Position numbers and translations under genes: made by a program. From Microbacterium sp. (GTDB taxonomy: Bacteria; Actinomycetota; Actinomycetes; Actinomycetales; Microbacteriaceae): a stretch of 64,000 nt of DNA. This document shows positions 38,068-45,334 of this stretch, one piece after another; position 1 is the first letter of the stretch; each line of letters starts with the position of its first letter. Location of the stretch: positions 1,204,961 through 1,268,960 of the forward strand of contig NZ_JASGHZ010000001.1 in assembly GCF_047602155.1 (NCBI RefSeq), written 5' to 3'. The notes beneath the pieces are model-generated. The model was not told the origin of the DNA. It worked only from the letters and a program-made list of their open reading frames with translations, and did no database searches.

Positions 38068-38163
38068 GTGCCAAACGCAGGGCGAAACGCGCTTTCTGCG
38101 CGTGCGCGGCCGTCTGCGGGCCGGTTCACCCTGCGTTTGGCACAGCCGTGGTCAGTGAGGGGG
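38068..38163. repeat. 96-bp palindromic element, copy 2
   Basis: It is 94/96 identical to 30100-30195. Its tail supplies the last codons and the stop of the STAND gene. Confidence 0.9.
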
Positions 38164-40686
38164 GCGCCGTAGCTGCTCGGCGCGGGTGCGCTCGGGCGAC
38201 GAGCCCTCGGGCAGCGCCCCGAGCGCCGCCTCGGCGTGGACGGCGGCGGCTGCGGCGTCGCCGGCGTCGGCCGCGAGCTCGGCCAGCCCCAGCAGCCCGC
38301 GCCCGCGCTCGTGGGCGCTGTCGGTGGCGAGCGCGAGCCCCGCCTCGAGCGCGCGTGCGGCGGCCGCGGCGTCGCCGGCCTCGCGCAGCGCGAGCCCCAG
38401 GTTGATGTGGATGGCCATCCTGAGCACCGGATCGGACATCTCCTCGCTGACCTCCAGCGCGCGGCGATGGTGGGCGATGGCGTCGGCGGCGTGCCCCTGC
38501 GCCGACAGCGCGAGCCCGAGGTTCGTCAGCGCGTACGCGTGCGTCTCGCCCCGGGAGTCGGCGGTCAGCTCCACCGCGCGCGCGGCCGACTCGACCGCGC
38601 CGTCGATGTCGCCGGCGGCGAGCTGGTCGTCGCTCAGATTGCTCAGCGCGCTCGCCGCGTTGCGCGCGTGCCCCTGGGCGACGGCGAGCTCGTAGGCTTC
38701 GCGATGCCGGACGATCGACCCCTCGATATCGCCGAGCTGGCGCATCACGATCGCGATGTTGTCCAGGCTCGGCCCCACGTACTCGGGGATGCCGCGCGTC
38801 TGCGCGATCTCCAGGACGCTCTCGAAGTGCCGCAGGCCCGTCTCGAGGTCGCCCGCGTGCACGGCGGCGACGGCCAGCGCGTTCGTCGCCGAGGCGCTCA
38901 GCCGCGGCAGCGGCAGCTGCGCCGCGAGCGCGGCGGCGCGTTCCAGCTCGGCGACGGCGCCCTCGTGCCGCAGCCGCATGCGTAGCTGGGCGACAGCGTG
39001 CGCGGCGATGGCGATGTCGATCGGATCGCCGAGCACCTGCGCCAGCTCCTGCGACCGCGACTGCAGTCGCAGCGCCAGCGGCAGCAGCCCCTGCACGTCG
39101 AGATGACGGCTGAGCGCCTGCGCGGTGCGCACCGTGACCTCGGGCCGCCGGTCTTCCAGCGCCTCGGCGAGCAGCATCAGCGAGACGCGCTCCGCCGCCA
39201 GCCACCGCTCGCCGTCGAGCGGGTCGAAGGATGCCGTCGGCGCCGGGGTGTGCGGATAGCTCGCCGCATGACCCGGATGGATCGCCTCCGCGGCGCCGCG
39301 AGCCCGCTCGAGGTAGGCGTCGGCGAGGCGGTCGAGCGCGGCGTCCCGCACCCCCTGCGGATCGTCGTCCCACGACGCGGCCGCCCCGTACGCACGGACG
39401 AGGGCGTGCAGCCCGATGCGCCGCCACCGCGGGCCGGCCACGGAGCCTTCGTGCCGCTCGGCGCAGTGACTGGCCGCCAGTTCGCGGAAGATCTCGGCGG
39501 CCGCCGCGTCGTCGACGTCCAGGAGCGCGCCGAGCAGTTCTTCCGGGATGCCGTCGCACGGCAGCACGGCCAGCAGCCGCAGCGCCCGCAGCGCCTCGGG
39601 CCGCAGCATCCCCGCCGTCAGCGCGATGGAGTCGCTCACCGGGTCGTCCAGGCGCAGGCTGTCGAGGCGGGCGCGCTGCGCGTCGCGGTGCTCGGCCAGG
39701 GTCCAGTGCGTGCGAGCGTGGATGCGTGCCGCGGTGAGGGCGGCCGCCAGCGGCAGCCCGCCCGCCAGCGTGACGAGGTCGGCCGCGGCCTCGGGCTCGG
39801 CATCGACCCGCGCGGCGCCGACGATGGCGCGGAGGTAATCGAGCCCCTCCTGCGGCGACCACGGGGCGAGTTCGACGAGCTGCACCGCAGGCGGCGTGTC
39901 CAGCAGCGACCGGCTGACGAGCACGAGCGGGGTGGCGACGACCCGCTCGGCCAGCGCGGCCACCTGCTCCCACGCCGCGATGTCGTCGACGACCAGCCCG
40001 GTGTTCTGCCGCGAGAGCAGGTCGGCGACATGTTCCGCGCGCTCGGAGAGCTCGGCGTCGGGATCGGCCTCCGACCCCAGCGCGACGGCGACGGCATCGA
40101 GCATCGCCGTCGCCGACGACTGCCAGGCCGACGTGTCGCTCGCCCGCAGGTCGACCGAGACGACGCCGGCGATGCGGCCGGCATCCACCAGCTCGCGCAG
40201 CGCCCGGGTCGCGACCTGCGTCTTGCCCGAACCCGGCATGCCGGTGATGAGCACCGGCCCGATGGCGCGGCGCACCGCCGCGACCTCGCCGCCGCGCCCC
40301 GTGAACGCCGCCGCCACCGTGAGGTCGTCGCGGCGGGCCGGCACGACGCCCGCGGCGTCGCGGCGCAGCACCGCCGCGCAGCTCTCGCGCCAGTGCCCGA
40401 CCTCGGCCTCGTCGCCGCCGAGCGCCCGCACGATGTCGAGCACGAGCTCGACATCGACGCGGCGCCGTCCGGAGCGGAAGCAGTCGTAGACCGTGATGCG
40501 TCCGGGAGAGCGTTCGCTCGCCCGGACGCCACGGGCGGCGCGCACATCGCTCACGCGGCGGGCGAGCTCGCTGAACGACGGCGATCCGGCGTGCACGCGC
40601 CGGTCGCGCAGCAGCGCCGTCAGGTCGTCGAGGGTGGCCGCCGCTCGGACGGCGTCGTGCGACCAGATCACGGCATCCATCGGCAC
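38152..40686 (-). CDS. STAND-class regulator: N-terminal XRE-like HTH, NB-ARC/AAA ATPase, C-terminal TPR array
   Basis: Track ORF of 844 aa. The HTH reads SFSELARRVSDVRAARG...RITVYDCFRSGRRRVDVELVLDIVRAL. Walker A is ITGMPGSGKTQVA and Walker B is GLVVDDI. About 350 aa of TPR-like repeats fill the C-terminal half. Confidence 0.7.
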   Translation of the reverse strand: MPMDAVIWSHDAVRAAATLDDLTALLRDRRVHAGSPSFSELARRVSDVRAARGVRASERSPGRITVYDCFRSGRRRVDVELVLDIVRALGGDEAEVGHWRESCAAVLRRDAAGVVPARRDDLTVAAAFTGRGGEVAAVRRAIGPVLITGMPGSGKTQVATRALRELVDAGRIAGVVSVDLRASDTSAWQSSATAMLDAVAVALGSEADPDAELSERAEHVADLLSRQNTGLVVDDIAAWEQVAALAERVVATPLVLVSRSLLDTPPAVQLVELAPWSPQEGLDYLRAIVGAARVDAEPEAAADLVTLAGGLPLAAALTAARIHARTHWTLAEHRDAQRARLDSLRLDDPVSDSIALTAGMLRPEALRALRLLAVLPCDGIPEELLGALLDVDDAAAAEIFRELAASHCAERHEGSVAGPRWRRIGLHALVRAYGAAASWDDDPQGVRDAALDRLADAYLERARGAAEAIHPGHAASYPHTPAPTASFDPLDGERWLAAERVSLMLLAEALEDRRPEVTVRTAQALSRHLDVQGLLPLALRLQSRSQELAQVLGDPIDIAIAAHAVAQLRMRLRHEGAVAELERAAALAAQLPLPRLSASATNALAVAAVHAGDLETGLRHFESVLEIAQTRGIPEYVGPSLDNIAIVMRQLGDIEGSIVRHREAYELAVAQGHARNAASALSNLSDDQLAAGDIDGAVESAARAVELTADSRGETHAYALTNLGLALSAQGHAADAIAHHRRALEVSEEMSDPVLRMAIHINLGLALREAGDAAAAARALEAGLALATDSAHERGRGLLGLAELAADAGDAAAAAVHAEAALGALPEGSSPERTRAEQLRRPPH

Positions 40687-40817
40687 CTCCCTCGCGCTGC
40701 CGCGATCCTATCGTTCGGGATCATTCGGGTTCCGCGCAAACGGGGGTGCGCGGCGGATGCGGCCGCGATTGTGGAGGGGATCCGCATGGCCCGCTCCCCA
40801 CTCATCCGGAGGACATC

Positions 40818-42740
40818 GTGTTCCGCATCCATCGCGCGCTCGCCGCGCTCGCCCTCACCGTCTCGGTCGCCCTGGTCGCCAGTGGATGCGTCGCGGCGAC
40901 CATCCCCGAGAAGTCCACCAGCACCAGCATCACGATCACGTGGCTCGCGACGCGCGGATCGGAGGGCACGACGGGCACGACGAAGATCTCCCGCACCGAT
41001 CCGGAAGAGGCGGGCGACTTCCGGGTGGAGTTCTCGGTCGACGAGGTCGGCGGCATCGGCGACCAGTCGCAGGCGGGCGCCTGGAACGCCGCCATCGCCT
41101 CGACGCTGCTGCTCGGCCTGCCGCTGGAGGGCGAGTTCCGCTTCGAGACCGACGGCTGGAACGACGGCCCGAGCGCGGGGGCGCTCACGACGGCCGGGCT
41201 CATCGCCCTCGCACGCGGCGAGAAGTTCCTGAAGAAGGTGACCATGACGGGCACCATCAACTCGACCGGCATGATCGGCCCGGTCGGGGGCATTCCCGAG
41301 AAGGTCGCGGCCGCCGGCGACGCCGGGTTCACGACCGTGCTGATCCCGATGGGCCAGCGCAACACCCCCGACAAGAACGGCGACTACGTCGATGTCGTGC
41401 GCGAGGGCGACCGCATCGGGGTCGAGGTGATCGAGGTCGGCGACATCTACGAGGCGTATCAGCACCTCACCGGCACGCAGATCGACGTGCCCGGCGTCAC
41501 TCGCGATCCGCGGCTGGACAACACCTCGTACGACAAGATCAAGCCGCAGACGGATGCCGCGCTCGCGCGCTACACGGCGGCGCGCGCGTCGCTGGAGCGT
41601 CTGCCCGCCGCCGTTCAGGAGGTGTTCGCCGCGACCGGCCTCATCGCCCTCGCAGACGGCTACGCGGCGCAGGCGACCGACCTGCAGCGGCAGGGGCTGC
41701 AGGCCGGCGCCTACAACCTCGCCGCCCAGGCCGCCGCCGCGATGGAGGCCATCGCCGCCGTCGGCAGCCTCCTGCTGCCGCTGACGACGCAGGGGCTCGC
41801 CGGGCTCGACACCTTCTTCGCGCAGGCGATGGACACCACGACCGCGTCACTGGAGTTCGGCGCCTTCCTCGACCGGTTGTCGGCGTACGAGCCGAAGAAC
41901 GTCTCGGATGTCGAGGGGCTCGTCAACGGCTACGCGGGGGCGTTCGACGCGTACTCGCTGCTGATGTTCGCCGAGAACCGCATCGCCGACATCCAGGCGC
42001 GGTTCGCCGCCGGCGACTTCGCGTCGCTCGACGAGATGTTCAGCGAGCTGACCGCACCGGCGCTGTGGGCCCAGCTCGCGCGGTCGCAGATCTCCAACGC
42101 CGCCGCGACGTTCGAGGTCGGGCGTGACAACCCGGGGGCGAAGATCAGCGACGAGGTCGATCTGCAGCAGGTGGGCGACTTCTTCCGACGCGGCGCCGAC
42201 GCGAACTATGCGGCGTTCGAATCGGTGACGATCGCGCCCCTCGCCGAGCAGTACGGGGTCTCGGCCGATCGCATGACGCAGATGCTCGCGAACGTCGACC
42301 TCAACGTCGCCTTCGCCGTGTCGCAGGCGAACGTGCAGCCGGCGATCGCCGACTACATCGGGCCGGGCAAGCCCAACGCGCAGTACGCGACGCTCGGGTA
42401 CGGCCTGAACAACTTCGCCCGCAACCAGGGGCTCGTCGACAAGTACTACAACAACGCGGTGCTCGGCGAGAACCTGGTTGTCGTCGACGTGCAGTTCGAC
42501 GCGGTGCTCAGCCGATCGCTCGAACTGGGGCGGCAGCAGCTGGCCGCCGAGGTCGAGCTGCTGCGCGCCAACGACACCGAACCGGTCGTCAGCGTCGCAA
42601 GCTACGAGGTCGCGGGCCTGCTGCGCTCGGGCACGCTCGACGAGCAGTTCACCGCGATCGGCCTGTACAACGGCGGCTTCCTCACGACCCGCATGATGGC
42701 GTATCTCGCCGAGCTGGGTCGTGGGAGCTCGGCCGACTGA
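40818..42740 (+). CDS. Putative lipoprotein with Lon-protease-like (S16) proteolytic domain and about 420-aa helical C-terminal region
   Basis: Track ORF 40746..42740, trimmed to the GTG at 40818, which has GGAGGA upstream. The signal and Cys read ALALTVSVALVASGC. The S16 catalytic motifs are DGPSAGA (Ser) and GPVGGIPEKV (Lys). Confidence 0.65.
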   Translation: MFRIHRALAALALTVSVALVASGCVAATIPEKSTSTSITITWLATRGSEGTTGTTKISRTDPEEAGDFRVEFSVDEVGGIGDQSQAGAWNAAIASTLLLGLPLEGEFRFETDGWNDGPSAGALTTAGLIALARGEKFLKKVTMTGTINSTGMIGPVGGIPEKVAAAGDAGFTTVLIPMGQRNTPDKNGDYVDVVREGDRIGVEVIEVGDIYEAYQHLTGTQIDVPGVTRDPRLDNTSYDKIKPQTDAALARYTAARASLERLPAAVQEVFAATGLIALADGYAAQATDLQRQGLQAGAYNLAAQAAAAMEAIAAVGSLLLPLTTQGLAGLDTFFAQAMDTTTASLEFGAFLDRLSAYEPKNVSDVEGLVNGYAGAFDAYSLLMFAENRIADIQARFAAGDFASLDEMFSELTAPALWAQLARSQISNAAATFEVGRDNPGAKISDEVDLQQVGDFFRRGADANYAAFESVTIAPLAEQYGVSADRMTQMLANVDLNVAFAVSQANVQPAIADYIGPGKPNAQYATLGYGLNNFARNQGLVDKYYNNAVLGENLVVVDVQFDAVLSRSLELGRQQLAAEVELLRANDTEPVVSVASYEVAGLLRSGTLDEQFTAIGLYNGGFLTTRMMAYLAELGRGSSAD

Positions 42741-42886
42741 GCCCGCGGTCGCGGCGCCCTCCGCTGGGGAGGCGTGGGCGCCGCGGCCGCGTTTGCCCCG
42801 GGCGTGCTGCTAGCGGGTGCCCGCGTGCGTCAGGCGCCGGGGCGCGGTGGCCGCCGCCGCCAGCGCGGGGCGCGGTGGCCGCCGCC

Positions 42887-43208
42887 GGGTTCGGTCGCGG
42901 CGATATGTGGGTGTTGACGGTCTTCACTCGCAGTTTGCCGCGACTGAAGCGGAGGTGCGGGCGGCGCCGCGGCCGCGTTTCCCCGGGGCTGCCGCCGGCT
43001 GGTGCCCCCGGGCGTCGGGCGTCGGGCGTGCCAAATGCAGGGTGGATCGCACGTCTGGCGCGTGCGGCGGGGTGTTTCGGCCGTTTCACCCTGCGTTTGG
43101 CACGGTTGCCGCGACGGAGCGGACACCCGTGAGGTTCGGTCGCGGCGATATGTGGGTGTTGGCGGCATCCACCCGCAGTTTGCCGCGACTGGAGCGGAGG
43201 TGTGGGGG
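42887..43208. repeat. Nested repeat: diverged third copy of the gtgccaaa.gcaggg palindrome (43028-43103) flanked by two direct repeats of about 78 bp
   Basis: The direct repeats ggttcggtcgcggcgatatgtgggtgttg...cgcagtttgccgcgactg.agcggaggtg lie at about 42887-42965 and about 43131-43208. Confidence 0.8.
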
Positions 43209-43233
43209 GCGCTGTGGCCGGGCGGTGGTAGGC

Positions 43234-43968
43234 TCAGGCTCCGGCGGGGTCGGCGCCCGGGGTGCGGGACGGCAGCGGCAGCGCCACCTTCTCCTCCAGC
43301 ACGGTGATCGCCTCGTCCGACACGACGATGAGGCCGTCCAACTCGTCGCGGACCCGGCGGTAGGCGAGCTGGCGTTCGGCCGGGGTCGCGGCCTCGTCGA
43401 CGGCGACCGACAGCAGCTGCTTCGCGGTGGCGAGGCGCTTGCGCTCGGTCTCGCTGAAGTCCGAGTCGCGCAGCCGCCGCGCCTCGCGCTCGGCGATGTC
43501 GAAGGCGACCTCGAAGTCGGTGACGGCGCCGGCGTACTCGGCCAGCTCGGCGTCGGTCACGTGCGCCTTCGCGGATGCCGGGCGCAGCCGGTCGGCCGTC
43601 TTCTTCGCCCGCAGGAACGCCGCCGTCAGCGGCTGGCGGCCGTCGCTGATCGTCGGGAACGCGATGAGCTTCGCGACATCCAGTTCGTAGTCGAGCCACC
43701 GGGCCGTCACGGCATCGTGTGCGGCGAAGAGCCGCTCCAGCTGCGGCTGGGTCGGCGTCGGCTTCGTGATCGGCTTCGGCTCGGCGGCGGTGGCGACGGG
43801 CTTCGGCTGCGCCGTCTTCAGCTCGCCTTTCGCGTGCAGGATCTCCAGCCGTCGCTGGTGACGTGCCCGCGCACCGCGCTCCCAGGCCCGGCCGACACCG
43901 CCGAGCACCGCCATGGCGGGGAAGATGAGCCACCAGTAGCTGCCCGCGAACGCCCAAAAATCGTGCAC
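43234..43968 (-). CDS. Hypothetical membrane-anchored protein, paralog 1
   Basis: Track ORF of 244 aa. It has an N-terminal TM helix (YWWLIFPAMAVLGGVG). The conserved core HDAVTARWLDYELDVAKLIAFPTISDGRQPLTAAFL...LRPASA is shared with the adjacent gene. Confidence 0.55.
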   Translation of the reverse strand: MHDFWAFAGSYWWLIFPAMAVLGGVGRAWERGARARHQRRLEILHAKGELKTAQPKPVATAAEPKPITKPTPTQPQLERLFAAHDAVTARWLDYELDVAKLIAFPTISDGRQPLTAAFLRAKKTADRLRPASAKAHVTDAELAEYAGAVTDFEVAFDIAEREARRLRDSDFSETERKRLATAKQLLSVAVDEAATPAERQLAYRRVRDELDGLIVVSDEAITVLEEKVALPLPSRTPGADPAGA

Positions 43969-43994
43969 GGTGCCACCCTACGCGCGCGCGGCGC

Positions 43995-44939
43995 TCACGG
44001 TCGCGCCGACCGGCTGTCGCGGGCGGGCACGGGCCAGACGCGGCCGTCGGGGCGGGCCTGCGGCGAGGGCGCCGGCTGCGGCCTGGGCGACGGTGTGGGC
44101 CCGGCGGCGGCATCGGATGCGGGCGGCGCCGCGACGCGGGCCAGCGCCTCGGCCGAGCGCACGATGACGGTCTGGGTCAGCGACTGCGCGAAGGCCGCCC
44201 AGTCGGTCGTCGGGGCGGCCGCAGCATCCGGATCGCCCCGCGTCGGCACGGGCGGCGCGGAGCCCTCGGCGCGCGCGCGGCGCCACGCCTCGGCCTCGGC
44301 CGCGTCGAACGCGCGGCCGAGACGCGCGACGCTGTCGCGGTAGGCCGCGAACTGCGCCGTCGTCAGTCGCACGCGGGCGGATGCCGGGCGCAGCTGCCAC
44401 GTCGTGCGCTGCTCGGCGAGGAACGTCGCCGTCGCCGGAACGCGGGCATCGGTCATCGCCGGGAACGCGATGAGCCGGGCCGGGTCGGTCTCGTACGCCA
44501 TCCAGCGGGCCGTCACGGCGTCGTGGCCGGACATCAGGCGGGCCAGCGGCAGGGCGGCCGGATCGGCGGCGCCGGCGGGCAGGGCGGCCCGCGCGGCGGA
44601 GACCCGGGCGCGGTGTGCGCGGACGGTGGCGCTCGCGGCCCGCGTCTCGCGCTGGGCGGTGTCGAGGGCGTGTCTCGCTCCGGCGACGTCGGCCGGGGTG
44701 GCGCGGTGCGCGGCGCGCTCGGCCTGGAGCCGGACGAGCTCGGTGCGTGCGACGCGCACGGCGGCGCGGGCGCTCGCCGCGTCACGGCGGGCGGCTTTGA
44801 GCTCCTGCCGTGCGGCTTCGAGCTCGACGCGGCGCAGGCGCTCGGCGCGTTCGTGGCGCAGGCCGAGCCAGCCGAGGGTGCCCGTGCCGATCACGATCGG
44901 CCCGATCCACCAGAACTCGACTGCCCATGCCAGGTCCAC
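43995..44939 (-). CDS. Hypothetical membrane-anchored protein, paralog 2
   Basis: Track ORF of 314 aa. It has an N-terminal TM helix (FWWIGPIVIGTGTLGWLG), a coiled-coil segment and the core HDAVTARWMAYETDPARLIAFPAMTDARVPATATFL...LRPASA. Confidence 0.55.
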   Translation of the reverse strand: MDLAWAVEFWWIGPIVIGTGTLGWLGLRHERAERLRRVELEAARQELKAARRDAASARAAVRVARTELVRLQAERAAHRATPADVAGARHALDTAQRETRAASATVRAHRARVSAARAALPAGAADPAALPLARLMSGHDAVTARWMAYETDPARLIAFPAMTDARVPATATFLAEQRTTWQLRPASARVRLTTAQFAAYRDSVARLGRAFDAAEAEAWRRARAEGSAPPVPTRGDPDAAAAPTTDWAAFAQSLTQTVIVRSAEALARVAAPPASDAAAGPTPSPRPQPAPSPQARPDGRVWPVPARDSRSARP

Positions 44940-45002
44940 AGCGTCATGCTATCCAGCATGCCTGAGAGCCGCCGGGGTTTGTCTCCCGGCATCCGGCTTG
45001 CT

Positions 45003-45191
45003 GCGTTTCGTCTCGCGGCTGCGCCGCTCGCTCAACGTCCGGAGGAGGGGCGCCGTCCGGCGTGCCCCCGGAGTCCCCGCGCCGCAGCCCCCCGGTCGTT
45101 GAGCGAGGCCCGCAGGGCCGAGACGAAACGCCGCAACGGAACGCCAGCCCTCCGGTCGTTGAGCGAGGCCCGCAGGGCCGAGACGAAACGC
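45003..45191. repeat. One inverted plus two perfect direct 40-bp units of the ccggtcgttgagcg...gagacgaaacgc family
   Basis: The inverse unit lies at 45003-45042. Identical direct units ccggtcgttgagcgaggcccgcagggccgagacgaaacgc lie at 45092-45131 and 45152-45191. Confidence 0.85.
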
Positions 45192-45199
45192 AGCGACTG

Positions 45200-45334
45200 T
45201 CAGCCGAAGAGCAGCGCGAGCACGGTCGCACCGCCGCCGACGAGGATCAGCGCGATGATCGTCACCCACGCGACGATGCGGGTACGGCGCGTGCGCGCGG
45301 CATTCATGCCCTCGTACTCGTCCGGGTCGCTCAT
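45200..45334 (-). CDS. Possible 44-aa single-TM protein
   Basis: This is the tail of track ORF 45200..46063: [44 protein letters not shown]. The ATG overlaps the purL stop (ATGA). There is no homology evidence. Confidence 0.4.
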   Translation of the reverse strand: MSDPDEYEGMNAARTRRTRIVAWVTIIALILVGGGATVLALLFG

